A stretch of DNA of 52,145 nucleotides. Source: Fidelibacterota bacterium (GTDB lineage Bacteria; Fidelibacterota; Marinisomatia; Marinisomatales; UBA2128). The notes beneath the pieces were generated by a model, which had not been told where the DNA came from, ran no database searches, and saw only the letters and a program-made list of their open reading frames with translations. Below, piece by piece: positions 29,138 through 38,593 of this stretch (the stretch's first letter is position 1; every line of letters starts with the position of its first letter). The translations under genes and the position numbers were made by a program. Where the stretch lies: assembly GCA_046861645.1 (NCBI GenBank), contig JBHHUM010000009.1:1-52145 (forward strand), written 5' to 3'.

Positions 29138-31129
29138 TTACTCCTTTTTTTTGTAGGCTTTTTTCAGATCGCTGTAAAATCTTCTAGCATCAGGAAAATT
29201 TGGTTGCTTCTGTAACAGAATCTCTAATTCACTCAATGCCCTGGTAGTATCGCGGGTCAGGAAATAAGCACCGCTTAAATTAAATCGTACCTGATTATCT
29301 TCTGGTTTCAGTTCCAGAGCCTTCTTCAGATGGGGGATACCCTCCTCGACCTGACCATTGTTTACGAGAATCGCACCAGCCCACTTGTGGCTGTATTGGT
29401 CTGCAACCAGTTCTGTTGTACGCAACAGATAGGGTAGAGCCTCTGAAAACTGGTTAGTCTGTACCAGTAGTCTGCCCAGTTGAGCATATGGTGATTCATT
29501 GATTGGAAATGCTTTTGCCAACGCTTTGTATTCAATGACAGCACTATCGACTTTGCCTTCATTACGGTAATATTCAGCCAGGGCAACATGGGCTTTTTCA
29601 TAGTTGGATTCAGAAGTAATGACGGCTTTTGCTTGTTCTTCCAGGAATGATTTGGTTTTGATGTCCTGAGGGTAAAGTGTTCTCCCTTTTAAATTAAATG
29701 GCCAACCGGATTTCAGGACAGCTATTCTATACTCAGCCATTTTAAGATCTAAGGATGTGACACCAGCATGATTTTGAAACCACTCATCGGTCTGTATTAG
29801 TCGGGGTTTGATTTTAGAATCCACCAAACCCGACTCAATTATCACCTCAGCAAAGGTCTTTGCTATTAGGGAATATCCGTCCAGATTTGGATGTAGATGT
29901 TCCAGCATCAACTCTGATCCGATGATTCCTCCTGGTGATGCTTCCGCAAAAGCGGTTTCAATGTCAGCTAGGTAAACGTTATCATTCCTGGCTAAATTCC
30001 TGATGATATTGTTAGCATCTGTCCCGGCCCTGAATCGTAAGCCGTCCAGGTTAAGGGCTGAAGTGTAGTATTTTAATGCTGAAGGGTAATTGCCTAACCG
30101 ATCATGACACACAGCAGAATAGAAATGAGTAAGTGCGTATGTGGAATCAAGTGACATTGCTTTTTCCAGAATAGAAAGAGCTTTTTGATAGTCCTTTTTA
30201 AGGATGAATTTTTTCGCCTGAATTAAGTTTTCCTTTATTGGTATTTCGTTTGATGAATGTTTGGGGATAGATACAAATGGATTTTGAGATCTGAGGTTGG
30301 CTACTAATGTTCCAATAACAACTGGAATACCCTGCTCCGAGGTAACATTAATAAGATCCTGAAGATTAGCTTGGAATACCTTCATTGTCTCTAAATACTG
30401 ATTACTATGGTAAGGTATAGCTTGATCTTTAACCATTCTTTCCATCAGGGTTCCTGCTGGAGTTTCACTTTCTCCGTTGAACATTTTGATTATATTTCGA
30501 AGTGTGTTTCTAAAAAGTTGGAATAAACGCCAATGATTGAGCTTTAAGTAAAGGAGAGTTAATACGCGAGAACCTCCTGTACCAAGGTTGGAGCCAGAGC
30601 CTAACGCTCCGTAGAATTCGTTGTGTCCAGTATAGATTACAATCAGATCAGGTTCATATTTAAGAAGCTCTTTTCCAAAATCGAGAACGGTAAAAGAGGT
30701 TACAGCAGTCATTCCCAAATTAACCATTTCGATTTTGATATCTGGATAGGAGTAAGCCAGTCGATCTTTGAGCATTTCCGGGAAGGTACCAAGGTACATA
30801 TAAGGATAACCTGCAGTAGTTGAACCACCCAAGGCAAAAATTCTCAATGTATTAGGTTGTTTTGTCTTGCGAAGGATACTTTGGGTGCCAAATGAACCGG
30901 CTTCTCCAGTTGAGAAATAACGTTTTCCAACCTGAAGGTTAATGGTCAGATAGCCCTCTACGTACGGATCAGGGCGAAACAACTGTAGATCATCACCATA
31001 ATTTATCAAGCGAAGGGTAGACTCAATCAACCCGATAAGGAGAAAGGGGATCAGGATGAGGAAACCCCTGAAGAGCCACTGGCGAGAGGTCGGGGAAACT
31101 ATGGGAGAATCTGCAGATGAATCACGCAT
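29138..31129 (-). CDS. Membrane-anchored SGNH/GDSL hydrolase-like protein with TPR repeats
   Basis: TM helix; LGGSTTAG (block I), NLG, YTGHNE, EHLHPN; TPR-like helical repeats. Confidence 0.82.
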   Translation of the reverse strand: MRDSSADSPIVSPTSRQWLFRGFLILIPFLLIGLIESTLRLINYGDDLQLFRPDPYVEGYLTINLQVGKRYFSTGEAGSFGTQSILRKTKQPNTLRIFALGGSTTAGYPYMYLGTFPEMLKDRLAYSYPDIKIEMVNLGMTAVTSFTVLDFGKELLKYEPDLIVIYTGHNEFYGALGSGSNLGTGGSRVLTLLYLKLNHWRLFQLFRNTLRNIIKMFNGESETPAGTLMERMVKDQAIPYHSNQYLETMKVFQANLQDLINVTSEQGIPVVIGTLVANLRSQNPFVSIPKHSSNEIPIKENLIQAKKFILKKDYQKALSILEKAMSLDSTYALTHFYSAVCHDRLGNYPSALKYYTSALNLDGLRFRAGTDANNIIRNLARNDNVYLADIETAFAEASPGGIIGSELMLEHLHPNLDGYSLIAKTFAEVIIESGLVDSKIKPRLIQTDEWFQNHAGVTSLDLKMAEYRIAVLKSGWPFNLKGRTLYPQDIKTKSFLEEQAKAVITSESNYEKAHVALAEYYRNEGKVDSAVIEYKALAKAFPINESPYAQLGRLLVQTNQFSEALPYLLRTTELVADQYSHKWAGAILVNNGQVEEGIPHLKKALELKPEDNQVRFNLSGAYFLTRDTTRALSELEILLQKQPNFPDARRFYSDLKKAYKKKE

Positions 31130-31145
31130 AGGTTGGAAACAATTT

Positions 31146-31182
31146 AAAAAAGGAACGGACTTCTTGAAAGAAGCCCGTTCCT
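31146..31182 (-). terminator. Rho-independent terminator downstream of the 831-aa CBM protein gene
   Basis: Minus strand AGGAACGGGCTTCT-TTCA-AGAAGTCCGTTCCT followed by a T-run. Confidence 0.85.
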
Positions 31183-31202
31183 CTTACCCGTGTGTGGTAG
31201 GC

Positions 31203-33698
31203 CTATCGGAGAAGTGTCATCTTTTTTACGACACTATGTTTACTTGTTTTGAGTTCGTAAAAGTAAACACCGCTTGCGGCGGGTACCCCATGATGATCGG
31301 TACCATTCCACTTTAACCCGTAGTTACCCGGGGCCGGAAAATCCCGCTTGTAAACGGTAACCTTCTGACCCATGATGTTATATATTGTGAATGTGACTTT
31401 GTCAGCTTCTGGGAGTGAGAATCTGATTTCAGTTGACGGGTTGAAGGGGTTCGGATAGTTTTGACTCACCTTAAATTCAGAAGGTATATTTACCGGGTCA
31501 TCAGCGGCACCCAAATCGGGTGGAGTTTCTACAGTTAGCGGTGGATCGGTTGTCCACGTATCCTGCGGAAAAGTGAAGGCTGACGGCCAGGAAATCGGGT
31601 CGATACTGGCAGGCTGGATATAACGGCAACGGTAGCGTCCGTAATCAAATCCGCCTCCTTCCTGCAGGTACCCGCCCACATTATCGCCGAATTCATACAC
31701 GTATACCATGGAGTATGGAGTGTATCCGGTAACAGAGAAGGTAACTGAGAAAATGCCATCGCTGTCAGGGTCAGTTAAGATGAGATCAGGGTGATGGCTG
31801 TTATCAGCAATGGAGAATCCTTGGATATGCTCAGCCCATTCATCTTTAAATAACAACCAAACGGTATCTTCCGTAGCATCAAAACCAAGGTTTGCAGCAG
31901 AGGACATATCAAGGTTGAATGATAGATCTATGGATTGACCCTCAGGAATAAGACCATCTGGAGGGATATCATTGTAGTATTCCAATCCGATGACCTGTGC
32001 CTGAGTTGAGTCACCTTCGAAGATATAGGAGCGATTACCGGCTCCCATAGTAGGTGGATTCTCATAGCCCATATCTTCAAAGAAGTAGGGATTTATTGAC
32101 TGAATAAGGTCAAGGGATTCGTTACTCAGTTTAATGTAGTATTTATAAGCATCTTCTGTACCAGCATACATGGTAAGTGGTACATTCAATTCATAAATAG
32201 ATGTCCCCGCAATACGGGTCATGTTAATGTTAGATCCATCAGGATCAGCTGTACTACTCCAGCCATTGAAGCCACCACGAGTTTGCATAGTATCGTCACG
32301 GGTGGGACTGAAAAGATCCATAGTTTCGTAAGCTTCCATATCCACAGTCCAGTAGACAAAAGCAGTAACAGGTTCTTCTTCCTGAGGAGGAATGTTATCA
32401 AAGTAGGCAAAAGCCAGGGTTGTATCCTGATTTATGACTACCGAACGGTTATCAATGCTCTCCCAGTGGACACCCCCATCAGGATCGACATAAACGAACT
32501 TGTATTCCTGAGTTTCTCCGGCAGTAGAATCTGGTATGCTAATGAGACCGGACCAAAAGCCTGCGTTTTCTTCAGGCACAAGTGTGTCCCCGGCAGACCA
32601 ACCGTTAAAACTACCACGAACATCCACGAAGTCGAAGTCGTCAAAAACAGCAGACATGTTAACTCGGAACCAGATGTCAAGATCAGCGGTTGGCTCGAAG
32701 GGAGCAATATCATCCCACCAGTGCAGGGGTAGAGTAGTGTCGGAAGTGATAGTAGCTGTTCTATTACTGATACTTTCCCAGAACTCCAATCCTGCCAAGT
32801 CCGTGTAACGGAACTTGTACTCAATATCGGCACCATCAGTAGTACCGACGATGTCGGTGGTAGCGGACCAGTAGTCACCAGCCGCAGTGGCAGAGTCGTT
32901 CTGGCTCCAGCCGTTCATGCTGCCGCTTACATAGAATCCGGCTATGGTGGAGTCAGTAATATTGTCCAGTGTAGCAGTATTGCAGATGAAAGTCACCGTA
33001 AAAGTATCTATTTCTGCTTCTATCGGTGGCTCGTCATTGAACCATTTCCAGGCCAGAGTAGTATCCTGATTAACAGTTACTGACCGGTTGTCAATACTCT
33101 CCCAGTTGGTGGTGGATTCATCATAGTAAGTGAACTTATACTCATGAGTGGTACCGGCATCAGTACTGGGGATAATAATAACACCGGACCAGAAATCGGA
33201 ACCATCACCTTCCTGGATGAGATCATCACCGGCAGCCCAACCGTTGAAACCTCCCCTAACATCAACCTGTTCACCGGCGTAGCCGACTACCCCAGACATG
33301 TTTACCCGAAAATAGACTTCCAGATCATCGGTGGGTGTGTAGGGAGCATTGTTATCCCAGTAGGCGAGGTCCATTAAAGTATCGGCAGAAGGAACTAAGT
33401 AAGTTCTGTTATCTATACTCTCCCAAGTCAGATTGCCAAGGTCATCCAAATGAGTGAACTTATACTCGACTGTCTCACCGGCAGTGAGTTCAATCGTGGT
33501 AGACCAGTAGTCACCTCCATCATTGGCAAGGGGATTACCATCAGCCCACCCGTTAAAGCTTCCACGGACGTGAACGGTACTCGTCGAATCTGTGGCACCG
33601 TCAGAGTAGGTGGACATATTCAGCCGGAATGTGACATTCGTGGCAAAAGAGTATGTGGCAAAGGAAAGAATAGCTAACAATAAGTAGCGTTTCTTCAT
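31203..33698 (-). CDS. Secreted multi-module starch-binding-type (CBM20-like) protein with T9SS/FlgD-type C-terminal domain
   Basis: Signal peptide; 4 clear and ~2 diverged repeats of F(R)xNMS...VRGxFNGW...W...EYKF...WESIDNR; QNYPNPFNPSTEIRF...WNG...ASGVYFY; no catalytic domain recognised. Confidence 0.75.
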   Translation of the reverse strand: MKKRYLLLAILSFATYSFATNVTFRLNMSTYSDGATDSTSTVHVRGSFNGWADGNPLANDGGDYWSTTIELTAGETVEYKFTHLDDLGNLTWESIDNRTYLVPSADTLMDLAYWDNNAPYTPTDDLEVYFRVNMSGVVGYAGEQVDVRGGFNGWAAGDDLIQEGDGSDFWSGVIIIPSTDAGTTHEYKFTYYDESTTNWESIDNRSVTVNQDTTLAWKWFNDEPPIEAEIDTFTVTFICNTATLDNITDSTIAGFYVSGSMNGWSQNDSATAAGDYWSATTDIVGTTDGADIEYKFRYTDLAGLEFWESISNRTATITSDTTLPLHWWDDIAPFEPTADLDIWFRVNMSAVFDDFDFVDVRGSFNGWSAGDTLVPEENAGFWSGLISIPDSTAGETQEYKFVYVDPDGGVHWESIDNRSVVINQDTTLAFAYFDNIPPQEEEPVTAFVYWTVDMEAYETMDLFSPTRDDTMQTRGGFNGWSSTADPDGSNINMTRIAGTSIYELNVPLTMYAGTEDAYKYYIKLSNESLDLIQSINPYFFEDMGYENPPTMGAGNRSYIFEGDSTQAQVIGLEYYNDIPPDGLIPEGQSIDLSFNLDMSSAANLGFDATEDTVWLLFKDEWAEHIQGFSIADNSHHPDLILTDPDSDGIFSVTFSVTGYTPYSMVYVYEFGDNVGGYLQEGGGFDYGRYRCRYIQPASIDPISWPSAFTFPQDTWTTDPPLTVETPPDLGAADDPVNIPSEFKVSQNYPNPFNPSTEIRFSLPEADKVTFTIYNIMGQKVTVYKRDFPAPGNYGLKWNGTDHHGVPAASGVYFYELKTSKHSVVKKMTLLR

Positions 33699-33733
33699 GA
33701 TTAGTTCTCCTTTTTCGTAAGGCTAGCCTTAAC

Positions 33734-33753
33734 GTAACTCACCAGTGAGTTAC
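33734..33753. promoter_or_regulatory. Palindromic operator GTAACTCA-N4-TGAGTTAC (copy 1)
   Basis: GTAACTCAC-CA-GTGAGTTAC, 36 bp upstream of the 33698 start. Confidence 0.75.
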
Positions 33754-33796
33754 TAAGTTTTGCTGGCAATATAATTATAGCTTTTGGTACTGTCAA

Positions 33797-34831
33797 CTAG
33801 AATATCAAGCGAATGGTAAACTTGTGAATATTGTTCAATCGAGCAAAAGATTCAAAAGCATAATCGGTTTTGAACTGTATATTGCCGGCCAGTCGAGTAT
33901 GAAGCCCTGCGCCCAGTGTAAAAAGTTCTTCAGTCTCATTTTTTCTCGTATCGGCATCAAGATAGACTGATTTTAATCCGCCCCGCAAGGAAGCCAGACC
34001 ATTAATAAGATTGAGCTCAATCCCAGTGTTGATATATTCTACATTATCGTTGGGATGCATGGCGTCCAGTGCTAGAGTAAGATCCATTCCTGATCCGAAT
34101 GAGAAATCTTTTGCTAATCCAACTCTTAAAAGAAGAGGAAGGTCGAATCGATCAGTTGACAAGCGGGCAGTAACACTTTCGTTGTTTCCTTCCTGATTAG
34201 GTGCGATATCGCTGGGGACCAGAAGATCATCACCAGTCATCTGCATTTTTTGACCAAAGTTGCTGATACTGGCCCCAAAGCGAATACCTTTAAAGGGAGT
34301 TATAAACAAGGTTCCAATATCCAGAGCTACCCCAGTGGCTGAGCTCTGGGAGATAAACTCGCCTATGTACTTACCTTTAATCCCAATACTGAAACGGTCC
34401 GTGAGTTGTTGGCTGTAGGCCATTCCAACTGCATAGCTTCCTGCTTGAAACGTTTCTCCCGTGCCGTCCTCGTAACCGTAGTCAGTTACTTCCATCTCGT
34501 CCATCGTCATGGCTGTCAAATCAAGACCGAATGTTCCACTGGAACCTACTGGAACAGCAACACCAGTGTAGGTGAAACGAATATCGGCCAGCCATTCGGA
34601 ATAGTTGACCAGTAGTTCTATTCGGCGCAATTGGGCAAGACCCCCCACATTCCAATGCATAGCTGAGGCGTCATCTGCAGTGGCGACAAAAGCACCACCC
34701 ATTCCAACAGGTCGAGAACCAGCACCGATGGAAAGAAACTTGGAAGCCGTTGTACCGGTCTTAGTTACATCCTGCCCAGGTGCAAGATTCAGGAAAATCA
34801 GAGCGATGATTGATAATTTTATTCTGCTCAT
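33797..34831 (-). CDS. PorV/PorQ (UPF0164)-family outer-membrane protein
   Basis: KTGTTASKFLSIGAGSRPVGMGGAFVA..DDASAMHWN; ALDIG; ISNFG; C-terminal aromatic residue. Confidence 0.87.
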   Translation of the reverse strand: MSRIKLSIIALIFLNLAPGQDVTKTGTTASKFLSIGAGSRPVGMGGAFVATADDASAMHWNVGGLAQLRRIELLVNYSEWLADIRFTYTGVAVPVGSSGTFGLDLTAMTMDEMEVTDYGYEDGTGETFQAGSYAVGMAYSQQLTDRFSIGIKGKYIGEFISQSSATGVALDIGTLFITPFKGIRFGASISNFGQKMQMTGDDLLVPSDIAPNQEGNNESVTARLSTDRFDLPLLLRVGLAKDFSFGSGMDLTLALDAMHPNDNVEYINTGIELNLINGLASLRGGLKSVYLDADTRKNETEELFTLGAGLHTRLAGNIQFKTDYAFESFARLNNIHKFTIRLIF

Positions 34832-34842
34832 ACCAGAGGCTC

Positions 34843-37800
34843 CTACTTGATCACTGCAAATTTGCCAACATGCTCACCAATTCCCGGGGCATCAACATGG
34901 TAAATATAGATACCATAGGAAGCAGATAGATTATCCTTAGTCAGTAAGTCCCATTCCGCCGTGCCGTTAGTTATGATATCGTCATGTTGAATAACTTTTA
35001 CCAGTTCGCCTGTTACGGTAAAGATACGAATTGTACACTTCTGAGGAAGGTTGTTAAAATGGATGGATCGTGGACCTCTACCACTGGAGTAGGGATTTTT
35101 TTGCTCCCAAGCTACCGCTGCCCGATAAGGGTTTGGGACAACCTTAATATCAGCCAGTTCATCCTTGGCTTTTCCCCGATCAATATCCGCAGCCGAGGTG
35201 GTGAATTCAAAGATATCAGAGCTTAGAAACGGTTTGAAAATGATAAGAAATGCGGTGTCTCCAGCTGTTGGTTGATAAACATAACCTTGTTGTTCATCCT
35301 CTTCGCTGGGATATTTAATCTTGAATACCCAGGAAGGACCGAGTCCATCACTAGCACTGGTATCGTCTAGAAATATTACTTCGTCCTGATTGTCTCCTGG
35401 ATCAGCATCTAAAATACCTTCTTCCCCATAAAAATCACCAAAAGCAAAGGGAATTTCCTGCCAGTCAGTGGCTTCATCCCCAGAAATGTCTACTCTTTTC
35501 TTAATGATAAAGTTGGTGATAGTAACTGGATACTCGGTTGAGGGTAAAGGAAATGGTCTGTATTTGACGAAATAGGTAGATTCCCCTATCCCTGGGTCCC
35601 CAATTTCTACTCGGTAATCGGCAGGAATACGTCTACCAATTTTGGGGTCACCATTTTCATCAAACCCGGAGTAGGACAGTAATGAGAAACGCCACAAACT
35701 ATCGGCTGTCCATCCGGACTCATGATCATTCATCATAACAAAATCTTCATTATGGAGAGTGAGCCTATAACCATCGATTATAGGCTGTTCATCGTCTTCC
35801 CGGATCAATTTGCTTTGGAATATGAGTGTGTCGGGAAAGTCGGAATTAGTGATATCCAACAGGGTGAAGTTTTTGGTAGTTAGAGTATCCTCTTCCCCAC
35901 TGCTGGAAGCTAATAATAGCGTATCTTCAAAAGTAATTTGATAGGTATGATCATCCAGAACCGCCAAGGGATCAACAATCTCATATGTAATGGTACTACT
36001 GGTAGATCCTTGAATCAGCTCCACAGTGTCGATGTCTGCATTAATGTATCCAGCAGTAGGTGGATTGGGAGTTACTACAGCAACGTTGGTCCCCTTGCGA
36101 ATTTCACCCGTAAGAGTGTTAATAGTAATTCTTTTGTTTGACTCTGTGGGTGGGATTTCATTCGTTAGATCACCGCCGAAATCGTAGGCAACCACGGCAT
36201 AGTAGTAGGTTTGTCCGTTTATAACATCCTCATCTACAAACGTGTGAACAAGTCCACTTTCCGCATCAAGTAATTCACTCAATCTGTAATGAACACCATT
36301 GATTGGAACCTGATGGTAACCATAGATACCATCCTTTTTATCGTAAATGGCGATGGGGTCGTAGAATATTTTGTTACCCTGGGCGTCAGTAATGCTGTAA
36401 GTATCTTCAAAGGCCGGGTCGGTTGCCCGGTAGATGCGGTAGCCCTCAAAGTCGTATCCCTCGGATCCGATACCAAACATATAGGAATCAAAAGAAGATT
36501 CGGCAACATCATCCCAGACCAGTGTTACTTTCCCGTCTCCAGGGATAGCTTGCAGGGTAGGAGTGATGGGTTGTTTCGCAAATTGATAGTCTTCATCGTA
36601 GGTTTTCTGCGCTACATCTTTATTGCGAATGGCATCCTCTTCGTCCTCACCCAGACAAACAGCCATGGAAATACGTTCTGTTTGACCCGCTGCCAGGGGG
36701 AAAAAAGCGGATGTTACGAAGAGGTCAAAATCCCCCGTGACTCCCCCCGGTGGGGGTTGCCAGAATTCACCCGGAATCATGTAGAATAGCCAGAGAGCAT
36801 TATCTTGATTGGTGGGAATACCTCCGGCTTCGTCGTACTGAACTGCTGTGAGTCCCATCTGGTCCGATTCAGCTACGTCAGTCTTATCGATGTTAGGTTC
36901 ACCGGGAAGATTTCCACCAGATCCTGAGGTGGGGCGGCTATCATTCTGACCCTCGTCTAAAGTAGAACCATCGCCATCAAGTCCAACATCGTCCATGTAG
37001 GGGTTCCAGTCAAAATCATTATCCACATAGTCATCTCTAGATTCGTCTACCATTTCATCGATGCCTTCATCGATGCCTTCATCCACGGCACCATCACCAT
37101 CATTATCCACGCCATCAGCATAAGGGAGACCTAAATCTTCCCAACCTACATCATACAGGACGATTCCTGTTCCAGGTACTCTATAGCGATGCCACTCGTC
37201 CATTTCAGCTGTCAGGACAATAGTGCTGTCTATTACTGGTGAACCGACATCAGCGCCCAGACCGACAGGATATTCCTCACTAATGTTGTTATCAATGTTG
37301 TCAGCGAAGGCTTTTCCCAGATCTTCCTCTTCAACCATAATGAGATGGATCTGTCCATTCTGAAGTGAATCGTTATCTGGATTTGGTGGCCACCGTTTCC
37401 AGAACATGGGCCACGTTATTCCACTTACCCAGGCAATATCACTGGCTGCAGCATTGATCATTTCCTGTGTAATAGTGGGGCTGCCCTGCTCTCCATCAGC
37501 ATCATCATCGATACGATTAGCGTATGTAACCCCTTCTTGACCATTAAAAGGTACGTGAGTCATACTTTCGTCAATAAGACCATTCAGGTTGTCATCTATA
37601 CTATTTCCAGGGTCTTCTGCAGTGAGCATATCTTCATTAATTTTAGGACCGTTACTCTCTCCATCACCATCATTATCGATACGATCTACAGCATTTCCAG
37701 GAGTTTCCAGATAAGCTGTAGCTGCCACCCCTACCGGATCATTACCAAAGGCCGTGTTGCCCACCCCATCTCTATCCTTACTCCAGGCAATATCATACAA

Positions 37801-38586
37801 CAAATCGAAATCAGGTTGGTCATCCTGACTGTCACCATCACCACCTACAAGATCAGCAAGCCACAGGCAGAAAGAGACTTTATCCAGATCTTTGGTGCCA
37901 TCATTCTTGATCTCGTACAGAATAAACACTACGTCTTCAACCAGAACTTGAGACCACTCCATGACACGTACTCCGGCTAAAAGTCCCATACCTTGTCGGG
38001 AATAATCGGTAGTATCTGGGTAATAAGTTGCACCTCTGAGGAAATTGTTATCGTCAGAAATTTTGAAGTAAATTTCCTGATCAGCGTTAAACTGATTTTT
38101 ACCAAAAAATCCATTCCATGATCCGGTCCAACCTGGGTCGCTTTCGTCTTCCATTTTATCCGGCCAGGAGTTTGGCCAGGTCTCTGGTTCGTCACTCTTG
38201 GCAATAAAGGAAGAATTGGGGTTAAGATATTCGGGTACCGGTTCGAACATCATTGAATTACCATCATTGTCTGTACGACCTAAGGGAGTGGTTACCATGG
38301 GGAGTGTATCACCTTCCTCGGTGATGACTTCTGCACCTGTAAAGAGTCCGGTGAGAGCTATATAGTGCTTACCCGTGTTTATGGGCCACTCGTAAGGAAC
38401 CTCACCGGGGACCGCTCCGGTTCTTCCTGTGAGGCCAAAGTTGAAAATGGATGTCCGGACTTTATTGCCATCGATATCGGTATTACGGCGATAATTAGGG
38501 TCGCCCCTTTCCGTGGAAGGAACATGCTGGCTGAATACTAAAGTCAGGGGAAAAGTTATCAGTATTAATATTTTCTGGAATCTCAT
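34843..38586 (-). CDS. Large secreted acidic protein with DxDxDG Ca-binding-like repeats, FN3-like region and T9SS-like C-terminal domain
   Basis: Signal peptide; IDNDGDG/DGVDNDGDGAVDE repeats; GDGKVTLVW...FEGYRIYR...YYYAVVAYD; VVPNPY...IRIFTVTGELV...GIYIYHV. Confidence 0.75.
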   Translation of the reverse strand: MRFQKILILITFPLTLVFSQHVPSTERGDPNYRRNTDIDGNKVRTSIFNFGLTGRTGAVPGEVPYEWPINTGKHYIALTGLFTGAEVITEEGDTLPMVTTPLGRTDNDGNSMMFEPVPEYLNPNSSFIAKSDEPETWPNSWPDKMEDESDPGWTGSWNGFFGKNQFNADQEIYFKISDDNNFLRGATYYPDTTDYSRQGMGLLAGVRVMEWSQVLVEDVVFILYEIKNDGTKDLDKVSFCLWLADLVGGDGDSQDDQPDFDLLYDIAWSKDRDGVGNTAFGNDPVGVAATAYLETPGNAVDRIDNDGDGESNGPKINEDMLTAEDPGNSIDDNLNGLIDESMTHVPFNGQEGVTYANRIDDDADGEQGSPTITQEMINAAASDIAWVSGITWPMFWKRWPPNPDNDSLQNGQIHLIMVEEEDLGKAFADNIDNNISEEYPVGLGADVGSPVIDSTIVLTAEMDEWHRYRVPGTGIVLYDVGWEDLGLPYADGVDNDGDGAVDEGIDEGIDEMVDESRDDYVDNDFDWNPYMDDVGLDGDGSTLDEGQNDSRPTSGSGGNLPGEPNIDKTDVAESDQMGLTAVQYDEAGGIPTNQDNALWLFYMIPGEFWQPPPGGVTGDFDLFVTSAFFPLAAGQTERISMAVCLGEDEEDAIRNKDVAQKTYDEDYQFAKQPITPTLQAIPGDGKVTLVWDDVAESSFDSYMFGIGSEGYDFEGYRIYRATDPAFEDTYSITDAQGNKIFYDPIAIYDKKDGIYGYHQVPINGVHYRLSELLDAESGLVHTFVDEDVINGQTYYYAVVAYDFGGDLTNEIPPTESNKRITINTLTGEIRKGTNVAVVTPNPPTAGYINADIDTVELIQGSTSSTITYEIVDPLAVLDDHTYQITFEDTLLLASSSGEEDTLTTKNFTLLDITNSDFPDTLIFQSKLIREDDEQPIIDGYRLTLHNEDFVMMNDHESGWTADSLWRFSLLSYSGFDENGDPKIGRRIPADYRVEIGDPGIGESTYFVKYRPFPLPSTEYPVTITNFIIKKRVDISGDEATDWQEIPFAFGDFYGEEGILDADPGDNQDEVIFLDDTSASDGLGPSWVFKIKYPSEEDEQQGYVYQPTAGDTAFLIIFKPFLSSDIFEFTTSAADIDRGKAKDELADIKVVPNPYRAAVAWEQKNPYSSGRGPRSIHFNNLPQKCTIRIFTVTGELVKVIQHDDIITNGTAEWDLLTKDNLSASYGIYIYHVDAPGIGEHVGKFAVIK

Positions 38587-38593
38587 AGTTGCC

